A stretch of 64,000 nucleotides of DNA, from the NCBI GenBank assembly GCA_037142615.1, contig JBAXAI010000016.1:463-64462 (forward strand), in the 5' to 3' direction. The notes below the pieces were generated by a model. The model did not search any database, was not told the DNA's origin, and was given only the letters and a program-made list of their open reading frames with translations. This document shows positions 28,143 to 37,595 of this stretch, piece by piece; the stretch's first letter is position 1, and each line of letters starts with the position of its first letter. The position numbers and the translations under genes are program-made. This DNA is from Spirochaetales bacterium. Lineage in GTDB: Bacteria > Spirochaetota > Spirochaetia > JABEVK01.

Positions 28143-29444
28143 ATGAAAAGACTAGCCCTTGTTGTGGCAATGGTCGCCTTCGCTGCCATGTCACTCGTCG
28201 CGGCCGACAAGACCGTGCTCAAGTTCCTCTACTACGCGGATTCTTCCCAAGCCGGCTACGCCGACGACATGGCTTCGTGGGCCAAGTTCAAAGCGGACAA
28301 TCCCGATATCGACCTGCAGATGGAAATCCTGTTTGACAGGCCCTACGCCCAGAAGTTGACCGCCTACGCGGCCGCCGGCACCGTGCCCGACGTCGTGTTC
28401 ATGTGGCCCACCACCAACGAAGCCTCTTCGCTGCTCCAGAGCAAGAAGATGATGAAAGACCTCAAGACGGTGCTCCCCGCCGACTTCCTGAAAAACTTCA
28501 CGGCTGCTTCGCTCAGCCCCAGCGCACAGACTTCCGGTCAGCTGTCGGAACTGCCCCAGTCGTTCACTTTCACCACCGTCATGTACGCCAACGTCGGCCT
28601 GCTCAAGTCGCTCGGTCTTGCCGTTCCCAAGACCTACGCCGACCTGAAGGCCCTGGTGCCCAAGCTCCGCGTGAAGAATGTCCAGACCGTTCTGTTGCCC
28701 GATGCCGACAAGTGGCCGGCTCAGTCCTGTCTGTTCTCGACCATCAGCGGTCGCCTCTTGGGTGACGCCTGGATCGACAGCGTGCTCGCCGGCAAGGCCA
28801 AGTTCACCGACAAGGCGTTTGTGGACGCTCTTGCCTTCTACGGCCAGATGTATACCGACGGAGTGATCAACATCAGCAACGTGCAGATGGGTTACGGCGA
28901 CGGCCCCGGTCTTTTCGCTGCGGGCAAGGCCGCGTTCATCATCGACGGCGACTGGCGCGTGGGTGCTTACCTGACCGACAAGAGCAACGGCAAGGCGCTG
29001 ATTGACCCCGCCAAGCAGGCCAGCGACTTCGAACTTCTGAACTTCGTCGCCATCCCCGGTGAGAAGAACGTCAACACCGCTTCGGCCATCGCGGGAACCG
29101 GCCTAGGCATCAACAAAGACCTGACCGGCGCCAAGCTCGACGCCGCCAAGCGCCTGCTGATGTTCTACTACAGCAAGGACGTCCAGACGATGAAGCTGGA
29201 AACCGGTGCCTACATTCCTACCCGCACCGACGTGACCAGCACCAAGCTGGAACCCCTGTCGCAGAAGCAGATCAAGTACTATTCCACCGTTCCCAAGACC
29301 ACCTATGTGCTCGACGGCGCGCTGGACCCGACCGTGTTTGGTCCCCTGAACGACGGCCTCCAGGGCATCGCTCTGGGCGCTCAGACTCCCGCCGAAGTGG
29401 CGGCACTGATGCAGAAGGCTCAGGACGCGCTTCCCAAGAAGTAA
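28143..29444 (+). CDS. ABC transporter extracellular sugar-binding protein (CUT1 family)
   Basis: AGGAGG before ATG-28143. Signal peptide MKRLALVVAMVAFAAMSLVAA. Family-1 solute-binding protein size and composition. Followed by two MalFG-type permeases. Confidence 0.85.
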   Translation: MKRLALVVAMVAFAAMSLVAADKTVLKFLYYADSSQAGYADDMASWAKFKADNPDIDLQMEILFDRPYAQKLTAYAAAGTVPDVVFMWPTTNEASSLLQSKKMMKDLKTVLPADFLKNFTAASLSPSAQTSGQLSELPQSFTFTTVMYANVGLLKSLGLAVPKTYADLKALVPKLRVKNVQTVLLPDADKWPAQSCLFSTISGRLLGDAWIDSVLAGKAKFTDKAFVDALAFYGQMYTDGVINISNVQMGYGDGPGLFAAGKAAFIIDGDWRVGAYLTDKSNGKALIDPAKQASDFELLNFVAIPGEKNVNTASAIAGTGLGINKDLTGAKLDAAKRLLMFYYSKDVQTMKLETGAYIPTRTDVTSTKLEPLSQKQIKYYSTVPKTTYVLDGALDPTVFGPLNDGLQGIALGAQTPAEVAALMQKAQDALPKK

Positions 29445-29464
29445 GCGCTTCGTGTGAACAGCAA

Positions 29465-29494
29465 AAGGGTGTCCCGAAAGGGCCACCCTTTTTT
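29465..29494 (+). terminator. intercistronic hairpin/terminator between the binding-protein and permease genes
   Basis: AAGGGTG-tCCCgaaaGGGc-CACCCTT followed by T6. Partial termination after binding-protein genes is common. Confidence 0.7.
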
Positions 29495-29517
29495 CAACCC
29501 TACTGGTGGAGGTCCCT

Positions 29518-30639
29518 ATGGCGACAGTGGTTCGTGGCAAAGTAGAAACCAACCGGGCGTACTGGACGTTCATAACGCCGGCATTCGCCCTGTATCTGTT
29601 TGTCTTCGCGTTTCCCATCATCCTGTCTTTCGTGCTGAGTGTGAGCAACTACTCGGGCGGAAAGATGTTTGGAGGTGACCCCTGGACGCTGACGGGCTTC
29701 GATCAATACTTCAAGCTGGCCAACGACTCGAACTTCTGGTTGGCCCTCAAGAACAACGTCTACATCGTGCTTATTTCGGTTTTCGGCCAGATTCCGCTCG
29801 CCTTTCTGCTGGCCTACGTGATCTTCCGCAAGATCGTGCGCTGGGGCGAAGGTTGGCAGGCCATCCTGTACGTGCCTGCCATCATCTCGGTAATCGTGCT
29901 GGGCATCATGTGGAAGATGATCTTCGCATCCAACGGGCTGTTGGCCGACATCATCAACGCCCTCGACACGCAGACCTTCCTGGCGTCCCTCAACGGACTT
30001 CTGGCGGGCGGGTTCAACGTCACCGATGACTTTGTCCAGAAACTCCTGGCGATCAGCGATCCGCGGGCGCTGACCGGTTTCGCAAATCCCGCGAACGATG
30101 TCAAGGAACTCATCCTGTCGATGGGCTACACCGCAGCCAACCTCGACGTCTTCCGTTCTGACATGGTGAACTTGCTCGCACCCAAATGGACGCCCGACTT
30201 TCTGAGCCATCAGGATGTAGCCATGATTCCCATCCTGTTCGTCACGCTGTGGGTGTGGACGGGTATGTACATCATCATGTTCCACGCCAACATGCAGAAG
30301 ATCGATAGCCAAATCATCGAGGCAGCGCGCATCGACGGGGCGTCCGAATTGCAGGTCATGTGGCGGGTCATCGTCCCCAACCTGTCGGGGGTCCTCGCCA
30401 ACGCGGCCATCCTGTGCATTGCGGGCTCGCTCAACACCTTCGCGCTCATTTGGGCCATGACGGCGGGTGGGCCCATGAACATCACCCAGGTGCTCGCCAT
30501 CTACATGTTTCAAAACGCGTTCATCGGGGTACCAAACTTTCCGCTGGCCAACGCGATCTCGGTGTTCATCGTCCTGTTCAGCTTCATCTTGATCGGCTTG
30601 ACCCTGGTGGTCGAGCGCCGTTACGGAGGCCGTGAATGA
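29518..30639 (+). CDS. ABC sugar transporter permease (MalF-like, with an extended extracytoplasmic loop)
   Basis: GGTGGAGG before ATG-29518. EAA motif IIEAARIDGASELQVMWRVIVPNLSG. 373 aa versus about 290-300 aa for typical family members, because of an insert around LLADIINALD...DFLSHQD. Confidence 0.85.
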   Translation: MATVVRGKVETNRAYWTFITPAFALYLFVFAFPIILSFVLSVSNYSGGKMFGGDPWTLTGFDQYFKLANDSNFWLALKNNVYIVLISVFGQIPLAFLLAYVIFRKIVRWGEGWQAILYVPAIISVIVLGIMWKMIFASNGLLADIINALDTQTFLASLNGLLAGGFNVTDDFVQKLLAISDPRALTGFANPANDVKELILSMGYTAANLDVFRSDMVNLLAPKWTPDFLSHQDVAMIPILFVTLWVWTGMYIIMFHANMQKIDSQIIEAARIDGASELQVMWRVIVPNLSGVLANAAILCIAGSLNTFALIWAMTAGGPMNITQVLAIYMFQNAFIGVPNFPLANAISVFIVLFSFILIGLTLVVERRYGGRE

Positions 30640-31538
30640 ACACCCTGAAGATTGCCCTCGGTTGGGTGGGCAAGGCGGCGGCCTACGCGGTGATGGGCTT
30701 GTTCAGCCTGATGACCATTTATCCCGTGATCTGGCTTATCTACAACTCGTTTAAAACCAACGCGCAGTTCATGGTCGACAAGATAAGTCTGCCGAACGAG
30801 TGGATCCTGTCGAACTACGTCGGTGCCTGGACGCTGGGCACCTTTGACATGCTCATCGGCAACTCGGTGATCTTCACCGTCTTGTCGGCGCTAGGCATCA
30901 TTCTCATCTCGGTGCTAGCGGGCTTCGGGTTTGCCAAGATGCAGCACAAGTCGACCGGTCCCATCTACGGCAGCTTCGTCATGGGCATCCTGCTTTCGAT
31001 CACCTCGCTGATGGTTCCGCTGTTCATCCAGGTGTCACAACTCGACCGCCTGATTTCGGATGCGTTTCACGCCGTCGGTTTGTTTGCCGGCCACGATGTG
31101 CACGTGTTTTACAACACGGGCTTCGGGGTGATCCTGATCTACGTCGGCTCGGGCTTGCCCATGGCGGTGTACCTATGTACCGAGTACATCAAGAGTATTC
31201 CGACGTCGTTGGTCGAAGCCGCGCGCATCGACGGTGCCACGTACTTCAGCATCTTTTGGCGCATTATCCTGCCCATGTCGACACCGATCGCGACGACCAT
31301 CGCCGTTATCAACGTGCCGGGCCTCTGGAATGAGTTCGCCCTCATCAACATTCTGGTCTCGGACGAGACGCTCAAGACGTTGCCGCTGGGCATCTTGCGC
31401 TTCAACGGACAGCGCTCGGTCGACTACGGCAAACAGTTCGCGGCGCTCGTCATCGGCATGGCGCCCATGTTGATCTTCTACTTTGCCTTCCGCAAGCAGA
31501 TCACGGCAGGCGTCAGCGGCGGTGCCGTCAAGGGGTAA
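30636..31538 (+). CDS. ABC sugar transporter permease (MalG-like)
   Basis: ATGA overlap with the previous gene. EAA motif LVEAARIDGATYFSIFWRIILPMSTP. Confidence 0.85.
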   Translation: MNTLKIALGWVGKAAAYAVMGLFSLMTIYPVIWLIYNSFKTNAQFMVDKISLPNEWILSNYVGAWTLGTFDMLIGNSVIFTVLSALGIILISVLAGFGFAKMQHKSTGPIYGSFVMGILLSITSLMVPLFIQVSQLDRLISDAFHAVGLFAGHDVHVFYNTGFGVILIYVGSGLPMAVYLCTEYIKSIPTSLVEAARIDGATYFSIFWRIILPMSTPIATTIAVINVPGLWNEFALINILVSDETLKTLPLGILRFNGQRSVDYGKQFAALVIGMAPMLIFYFAFRKQITAGVSGGAVKG

Positions 31539-31546
31539 CTACGGAT

Positions 31547-31683
31547 GCCGGTCCGGGTTCTGCTGCGGCGGACTCGGGCGGCGCGCCGTCGTCCTTCGTG
31601 TCCTCACGTACTTCCAGTACGCTCCGGTACTCAGAGCCGCCGGCGCTTGCCCGAGCCCGTCCTCGCGACGAACCGGGACCGGC
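31547..31683. other. long imperfect nested inverted repeat (candidate structured RNA or palindromic element) in a convergent intergenic region
   Basis: 31547-31560 pairs with 31670-31683 (13/14). 31573-31579 pairs with 31649-31655 (7/7). Central hairpin CGTAC-ttcca-GTACG at 31607-31621. Confidence 0.35.
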
Positions 31684-31808
31684 AACAGTCATCGTGTGCA
31701 TCTTGGTTGTGAGTGGGCCTACACGTTGGAGGCCTACTCGGGGGCTTCGGGGCTGCGCCCCTGGCCCAAGTGAGTGTGCCCCTTGGTGGTTGGGTGTGTT
31801 GGACGGGG

Positions 31809-31870
31809 CATTGGCGCTTTGCGCCTCGCCCTCGCATTGGCGCTTTGCGCCTCGCCCTCGCCTTGGCGCT
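31809..31870. repeat. tandem direct repeat, 2.4 copies of a 26-nt unit carrying a small hairpin
   Basis: CATTGGCGCTTTGCGCCTCGCCCTCG at 31809-31834 and, identically, at 31835-31860, then the partial copy CCTTGGCGCT. Each unit contains GGCGC-TTT-GCGCC. Confidence 0.9.
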
Positions 31871-33104
31871 ACACGGCTGACAGTGTGGTGGCCGTCAATG
31901 CGTTGTCCCGGGCGTCGGTGACGTCCACCAGACGGATGTCGGCGTTGACCTGAAGCACACCGGTGCTGGGCCTCGGCACCTGCAGGTTCTTGGGGCCAGG
32001 GCTGAGGTCGATGGTGTCGCCCTTGGCGTTGGGACGCGGGTCGTCATAGAGGTCGATCACCACCCGGTTGAGGCTCACGCCCTCGAAGAGCCCCGGTTCT
32101 TGGCCGACGAAGGCCAGCGGCCTCTCGGCACGACAAGAAATCTGGTCAAACTGGACATTGCGGACGCTCACGTCGAAACGCGGTGCGGGAATGGGGTCGC
32201 GGTAGCGAGGAATGTCGTGAGGGGTGGCCATGAGGACCAGGGCCTCGCCGTTTCCCCACCAGTTGCCACCGTAGTGGCGACCTTCCAGCAGGCAGTTCGT
32301 CACCCGCACGTTCTCGACTAGCCCGGTGTGGGGGTGCACCATCGAGACAAAGGCCCGGTTGCTGGCCTTGACGACCACGTTTGCGACGAGCACGTTGCGC
32401 ACGATGCTGTGCATGTAGCCGATGCTCAGAGCCTTGGACGCCGATTGGAACACGCAGTCGGTGATCACCACGTCCTGGCAGGGAACGTTCCAGTCGGTGA
32501 TGGATGAAAGGGCCACGCAGTCGTCGCCGGCAACGATGTCGCAACCGGTGACCAGCACATCGCGGCAACCGCAGAAGTGCAGGCCGTCGTTGTTGGGCAG
32601 GCGCAGGCTGTTGCGGATGGTCAGACCGCGCGCCTGAACACTCTGACAGCGGTCAAAGCTGAACGTCCAGCACGGCGCGTTGAGGACGTTGAGATCGAGC
32701 AGGCGCACATTGGTGCACTGGTGGAAAAACACCGGCTGATTGGGGCGCCAGTCGTAGGTGAGCGGTGCTTCGGGGTCGTCGGAACTCGGTTTGTCCAGAT
32801 GGTAAAACGCGTCGCCGTTGAGATCGAGAAGACCCGGGCCCCGAACGGTGACGTTGACGGCTTGCTTCGCGAACAGTGCCGAGTGCACCTGGCCCATCTC
32901 GTTGTGATCAACGCCGATGGGTTGGTAGTCGCGGCGCTCGCCCGAGGCGGTGAGCACGCAACCCGCCGCCAGCGTGAGGCACACACCCGACTTCAGTTCC
33001 AACGGACGGAAGCCCCAGTGGCCCGCCGCGACCAGGACCTCGCCGCCGCCGTCGCGGGCCGCGGCGTCGATGCGAGCCTGGAGTTCCTCGGTGAGATCTT
33101 TCAT
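31869..33104 (-). CDS. right-handed beta-helix glycoside hydrolase, GH28-like
   Basis: The 31869..33761 ORF is trimmed to ATG-33104 (ATGA overlap with the upstream gene). [33 protein letters not shown] resembles the GH28 NTDG / G-DD catalytic pair. Confidence 0.6.
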   Translation of the reverse strand: MKDLTEELQARIDAAARDGGGEVLVAAGHWGFRPLELKSGVCLTLAAGCVLTASGERRDYQPIGVDHNEMGQVHSALFAKQAVNVTVRGPGLLDLNGDAFYHLDKPSSDDPEAPLTYDWRPNQPVFFHQCTNVRLLDLNVLNAPCWTFSFDRCQSVQARGLTIRNSLRLPNNDGLHFCGCRDVLVTGCDIVAGDDCVALSSITDWNVPCQDVVITDCVFQSASKALSIGYMHSIVRNVLVANVVVKASNRAFVSMVHPHTGLVENVRVTNCLLEGRHYGGNWWGNGEALVLMATPHDIPRYRDPIPAPRFDVSVRNVQFDQISCRAERPLAFVGQEPGLFEGVSLNRVVIDLYDDPRPNAKGDTIDLSPGPKNLQVPRPSTGVLQVNADIRLVDVTDARDNALTATTLSAV

Positions 33105-34291
33105 GACCGCTTCACGGAAGCGTTCAGCGCGGCGTTCTTCCGAATCAGCGCCACGCGGTCCTCGACACTGGTACGGCTTCGCAGCCGGTCGGGAGGCGTG
33201 CTGTTCACGTAGTCGAGCAACTGCTCGACGCTGGTCTCGGCTACGTGCAACCGCGTATCGCTCGACGCGTAGTAGATCAGCACGCGTCCGTCCGGATCGG
33301 CGACGAGACCGTTGGTGAACACGACGTTCGACACATCGCCCGTGCGCTCCTCGCCTTCGGGGGCGATCAGATAGCCGCCGGGGGTCGCGACGGTCTTGGT
33401 GGGATCCTTCGGGTCGGCAAGGAACGCATAGATGACGTACCGCAAGCCGGCCGCCGTGTTGCGCACGCCGTGGGCGACGTGCAGCCAGCCGTCCTTGGTC
33501 TTGATGGGCGGTGTGCCGGCACCGTTCTTCACTTCCTTGATGGTGTGGTACAGCTTGGGGTCGAGCACGGTTTCCTTGGCGACCACCGCGGGGTTCATGC
33601 TTTTGCTGAGTCCGGTGCTGATGCCGCCGCCGGAGCCGGTGTCGATGAAGCCGTCTTGCGGACGCGTGTACAGCAGGTATTGGCCGCCGACAAACTCCGG
33701 ATGGAGCACGACGTTGCGCTGCTGGCCGCCGCCCGTCTTGAGGTCGGGTAGGCGTTCCCACATCTTGAGGTCTTTGGTGCGGACCATGCCGGCGGTGGCC
33801 GTGGCCGAAGAGGTGTCACCGGGCTTGGCGGCGGGGTCTTTGCGCTCGGCACAAAACAGGCCGTAGATCCATCCGTCCTCGTGAGCTGTCAGGCGCATGT
33901 CGTAGACATTGGTCTCCGGGTCGTCGACGTCGCCCAGTAGAAGGGGTTCGCCCTCGAAGCGGAAGTCGTGAACGCCATCGGGACTGCTGGCGAGCGCGAA
34001 GAAACTCTTGCGGTCCCAGCCTTCCACCCGGGCCACCAACCAATAGCGACCGCCGAAAAAGAGGGCACCGGCGTTGAACACGGCGTTGATGCCCAGCCGT
34101 TCCATGAAGAACGGGTTGGTTTTCGGATCGTAGTCGTAGCGCCACGTTGGAGGCACGTGACCTGCCGTCAGAATGGGATGCTCGTAGCGGGTGAAAATGC
34201 CGTTGCCGGGCAACACTGGCTGGTTATGGCGGTGGATCAGCTCGTTGTACTCGCGCTCGACATGGGCTCGGCGGGTGGCAAAGTGACTCAT
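33101..34291 (-). CDS. GH130 phosphorylase, 4-O-beta-D-mannosyl-D-glucose phosphorylase-like
   Basis: Trimmed to ATG-34291 (ATGA overlap with the epimerase stop). [46 protein letters not shown]...[17 protein letters not shown] matches that subfamily. 396 aa. Confidence 0.8.
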   Translation of the reverse strand: MSHFATRRAHVEREYNELIHRHNQPVLPGNGIFTRYEHPILTAGHVPPTWRYDYDPKTNPFFMERLGINAVFNAGALFFGGRYWLVARVEGWDRKSFFALASSPDGVHDFRFEGEPLLLGDVDDPETNVYDMRLTAHEDGWIYGLFCAERKDPAAKPGDTSSATATAGMVRTKDLKMWERLPDLKTGGGQQRNVVLHPEFVGGQYLLYTRPQDGFIDTGSGGGISTGLSKSMNPAVVAKETVLDPKLYHTIKEVKNGAGTPPIKTKDGWLHVAHGVRNTAAGLRYVIYAFLADPKDPTKTVATPGGYLIAPEGEERTGDVSNVVFTNGLVADPDGRVLIYYASSDTRLHVAETSVEQLLDYVNSTPPDRLRSRTSVEDRVALIRKNAALNASVKRS

Positions 34292-35484
34292 GAGACGCTC
34301 CTGGCCCGCTGGAGCAACTCCAAACAAGCCCTTCCATTGTGATAGCTGGTCTTCCAAAGACCACCTTTGGGCCGGGTCTTGTCGGGCGTCCCGTCGGCTG
34401 CGACCGCCCAGAACCACTCGCCCCGTATTCGGTCGGCCTGATGCCCGTCGATCCACTGCCACACCCTCTCGGCGGCCGTGAGGAACGCCTCGTCGCCGGT
34501 CAGTTGCCAGCCATTGACCAGACCCACAAGGGCTTCGGCCTGCACCCACCAGATGCGCGTGGTGTCGACAACGCCGTGGTGGCGTTCGTTGGGCAACGCG
34601 CCGTGTTCTTCGACGAGGGCGAGAGCAGTGCGGGCAAGGGAGGAGTACTTACCGCTGCGGCCGGGGGGTAACTCTTCGGGCCACAGCACATGGGCCGCTT
34701 CGGTCATCAGCCAGCTCGCCTCGACGTCATGGCCGTAGCTCTCGTGGTCGGTGAGTGGCGTCCAATCGCGGTCAAAGTACAGCCCCAAATGCCCACTCGG
34801 TCCGACAATCTTACTTTCGAAGACGTACAGCAGGCTTTCGAGCGCGTCCCGCACCTCGCGAAGGCCCGTCACCTGAAACAGCACCGTGTAGGCCTCAAGG
34901 ACGTGCAGGTTGGTGTTCATGCTTTTCGAGCACGCCAGGTCGGTCCGGCTGAGGGCCTGGATGACAGGAACCTCCCAGCGTCGGTCGACGGCCTCGTAGT
35001 AGCCACCCAGCTCCCGGTCATGACCAGCTAACTCCAGCTGGCGGAAGGTCTCGAGCGCCAGTTCGAGGGCGCGGGGCTGCGAAGTGACCTGGAAGTACTT
35101 GGCCAACCCGTAGACGGCAAACGCCTGCCCGTAGAGGACCTTGTTCTTCACCGACGGACGGCCGCGAGCATCGACCGTCCACCAGAAGCCCTTTCCGGCA
35201 GGGTCGTACAGGGCGGTGGTGAGAAACTCGTAGGCGTGCGTGGCGGCGGCGAGGTCGAGGGGATTGCGGCGCTCGAGATAGGCGGCGCTCGACGCCCAGA
35301 GGTGGCGGCTGTGCATGACCACCCCTTTCGGCTGCTGGAAGTCGCAGGTTCCATCGTCGTTGACGAGCCCGGCGAAGCCGCCAGCACGGCGGTCCATCGT
35401 CTGATACCAATACGGGAGAATGTGTTCGCGCAACTCGAAATTGGCCATTTCGGCCAGGAGGGACAAACGTTCGGCGGCTGCCAT
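34288..35484 (-). CDS. AGE-family epimerase, cellobiose/mannobiose 2-epimerase-like
   Basis: [28 protein letters not shown] and [15 protein letters not shown] are (alpha/alpha)6-barrel AGE/CE motifs. It sits directly upstream of the mannosylglucose phosphorylase-like gene. Confidence 0.8.
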   Translation of the reverse strand: MAAAERLSLLAEMANFELREHILPYWYQTMDRRAGGFAGLVNDDGTCDFQQPKGVVMHSRHLWASSAAYLERRNPLDLAAATHAYEFLTTALYDPAGKGFWWTVDARGRPSVKNKVLYGQAFAVYGLAKYFQVTSQPRALELALETFRQLELAGHDRELGGYYEAVDRRWEVPVIQALSRTDLACSKSMNTNLHVLEAYTVLFQVTGLREVRDALESLLYVFESKIVGPSGHLGLYFDRDWTPLTDHESYGHDVEASWLMTEAAHVLWPEELPPGRSGKYSSLARTALALVEEHGALPNERHHGVVDTTRIWWVQAEALVGLVNGWQLTGDEAFLTAAERVWQWIDGHQADRIRGEWFWAVAADGTPDKTRPKGGLWKTSYHNGRACLELLQRARSVS

Positions 35485-35512
35485 GGCAGTCAGTATAGGC
35501 CCACCTGGCAGC

Positions 35513-36538
35513 CTAAGGCAACCGGTTTCCTAAGTTCTCGCCGCAGGACTCCCTGATCACCAGTTTTGTGGGGAGCTGGATGAGTTGGTTGGTGTCCGGC
35601 ACCTCTTGAAGGAGCCGAAGCAGCAGGTCTACTGAGGTCTCGCCGATCTTGGGCAGCGGCTGGGCCACGGCCGTAATGCGTGGCGTCATGACATCGAGGA
35701 AGGAGTAGTCGTCGAACACCCCGATTCCGAACTTGGGGATGGAGAGGCCGCGGTCACGGAGCACATGAACAGCGTCGAACATGAAGTCGCCGCCCGAGCC
35801 CAGAAAGAGGGCTTCCATGTCGGGCTGACGGTCGAGCAGCTCGTTCAGCTCCTTGCGGATCTCGAGAGAGGCGTACTCGCTGTGCGCCTGGACGCTCCAG
35901 GAGATCCCACGCTGCGTAAGTGTCTCGCGGTACCCGCGCAGGCGTTCTTTGACGTACGAATAACGCGCCGGCCCAAGCAGAGCACCGATGCGGCGGTAGC
36001 CTTGGTCGACCATGTGGTTGACCAGAAGTGACGTGCCGTGGTGATTATCGACATCGACGCAGTGGTGACTGAACTCCGACTGTTGACCCAGCAAAACGAA
36101 GGGAATCCGGTTCACGATCAGCGACGACAGGCTTTCTTTGTCGAGCAGTTCGCCGCCAATGATCAGGCCGTCGACGGTGCTCCTCTTGAGAAGCCGATTC
36201 AGGACTCCCTGGATGTACCCGTCGCGGGGCGTTGTCAGGACCATCAGGTTGTAGCCCGCCTTGGCGGCTTGATGGCTGATTCCAGCGAGGATGGAGCTCC
36301 AGTATTGGCCGACGAACGAGGTTTCCGCATCGTGTGGAATCAAAAACCCGAGGGCCCCGGTTCGCTGCAGGGCCAAGGCCCGCGCCGACGAGTCAGGATG
36401 GTAGTCCAGCTTCTCGACAAGCGTCAGGATGCGCTCGCGGGTGGCGGCGCTAATGCCTTTGTGCCCGTTGAGGACCTTGGAAACGGTCCCCTTGGACACC
36501 TGCGCCATGTCGGCGATCTGCTGAATATTGAGCTTCAT
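35513..36538 (-). CDS. LacI-family transcriptional regulator (likely regulator of the surrounding glycan locus)
   Basis: HTH LNIQQIADMAQVSKGTVSKVLNG followed by a sugar-binding fold. 341 aa. Confidence 0.9.
   Translation of the reverse strand: MKLNIQQIADMAQVSKGTVSKVLNGHKGISAATRERILTLVEKLDYHPDSSARALALQRTGALGFLIPHDAETSFVGQYWSSILAGISHQAAKAGYNLMVLTTPRDGYIQGVLNRLLKRSTVDGLIIGGELLDKESLSSLIVNRIPFVLLGQQSEFSHHCVDVDNHHGTSLLVNHMVDQGYRRIGALLGPARYSYVKERLRGYRETLTQRGISWSVQAHSEYASLEIRKELNELLDRQPDMEALFLGSGGDFMFDAVHVLRDRGLSIPKFGIGVFDDYSFLDVMTPRITAVAQPLPKIGETSVDLLLRLLQEVPDTNQLIQLPTKLVIRESCGENLGNRLP
35518..35529. promoter_or_regulatory. LacI-type operator candidate (minus-strand GAAACCGGTTGC) upstream of the epimerase operon, inside the last codons of the LacI gene
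   Basis: 11/12 match to GAAACCGGTTTC. It overlaps a TTGCCT (-35-like), 18-nt spacer, TATACT (35497-35492) arrangement ending about 8 nt before ATG-35484. Confidence 0.45.
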
Positions 36539-36562
36539 GGCGCACCCACCGGCCCGACTATA

Positions 36563-37582
36563 TCATTCCCGGCCTACTTCTGCATCGGCAGGAAGCACTT
36601 CATTGTGCGCTTTCAGCCATGAAAGCAGCCCGGTTACCGTGGCGAACGCGACGGCGCTGCAGGTGTCGGCAGCGCCGTAGTAAAGGACCAGGCGCCCCGT
36701 AGGTGCGTCGCACAGCGCGGCGACGGGGAAGCACACGTTGGGAACGAACCCTGTGGTCTCGTAGGGCAGTTCGGGCGTCAGGAGATAGTCGCGGCTCCGG
36801 AGCAAGACCCGCGAGGGTGTTTCGAGGTCGAGAAGCGCGGCGCCAACGCTGTACACGAAACCGTTTGCGGTGCCCGAGACGCCGTGGTAGAAGAGTAGCC
36901 AGCCCTCGCTGGTTTCGATCGGAACGGTGCCGGCGCCAATCTTGACGCTCTGCCACCAACCTGAACCGCCCCGGGTCATCACGCGGCGGTGTCGCCCCCA
37001 GTGGACGAGGTCGGGGCTTTCGCTCAGAAAGATGTCGCCGAACGGCGTGTGTCCGCTGTCTGAGGGCCTGGTGAGCAGCAGATACTTGCCGTTCACCCGG
37101 CGCGGGAACAAGACGCCGTTGCGGTTGAACGGTGTGACGGGGTTCTCGAGGCGCGTGAAGGACCGGAAGTCGTTGGTGACGCCCAACCCCAGCGCGGCCC
37201 CGCCGAAGTCGGTGCACCATACGATGTAGTACAACCCGTCGAGGGCCACCACGCGTGGGTCGTAGGCGTAGTTGGGCTGGTACGGGGCCCCGCTCTCATC
37301 CTTCCAGGCAATGACCTCATCGTCGAGGTCCCAAGCCAGACCGTCGCGGCTGAACCCGGCGTGCAACCGGGCCTTGCCATCGCGATGGTCGGCACGGAAC
37401 ACGCCCGCGAAGCCAACGCCGAAGGGCACGACGGCGCTGTTGTACACCCGGGCTGTGCTCGGAGTCGGGTTCCAACCGATCACGGGATTGCCACGGTAGC
37501 GCCACAAAGGTGCGTTGTTTTCCGAGGGCGGGTCTTGCCAAGGCAGTTGCGGAAGGGGGGGGCCAGAAACGGTAAGTGGCAC
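36563..37582 (-). CDS. GH130 glycoside phosphorylase/hydrolase, short (beta-1,4-mannooligosaccharide phosphorylase-like) form
   Basis: GTG-37582 is preceded by AAGGAG. NSAVVPF...GVFRADH, YAYDPRVV...YYIVW and FNRNGVLFPRRVNGKYLLLTRP are five-bladed propeller GH130 blocks. 339 aa. Confidence 0.8.
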   Translation of the reverse strand: MPLTVSGPPLPQLPWQDPPSENNAPLWRYRGNPVIGWNPTPSTARVYNSAVVPFGVGFAGVFRADHRDGKARLHAGFSRDGLAWDLDDEVIAWKDESGAPYQPNYAYDPRVVALDGLYYIVWCTDFGGAALGLGVTNDFRSFTRLENPVTPFNRNGVLFPRRVNGKYLLLTRPSDSGHTPFGDIFLSESPDLVHWGRHRRVMTRGGSGWWQSVKIGAGTVPIETSEGWLLFYHGVSGTANGFVYSVGAALLDLETPSRVLLRSRDYLLTPELPYETTGFVPNVCFPVAALCDAPTGRLVLYYGAADTCSAVAFATVTGLLSWLKAHNEVLPADAEVGRE

Positions 37583-37595
37583 AGAAACTCCTTTG

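Noticed and set aside
31809-31870. The tandem repeat as a CRISPR array.
   Set aside because: The copies are directly adjacent with no spacers, there are only 2.4 units, and no cas genes occur in the window.
31483-31921. ORFs of 68-107 aa inside the 330-bp gap (31483..31773, 31598..31921, 31631..31837).
   Set aside because: Their composition is Arg/Pro/Ala/Gly-rich, they have no RBS or sensible start context, and they overlap one another in different frames. The region is better explained as structured non-coding DNA.
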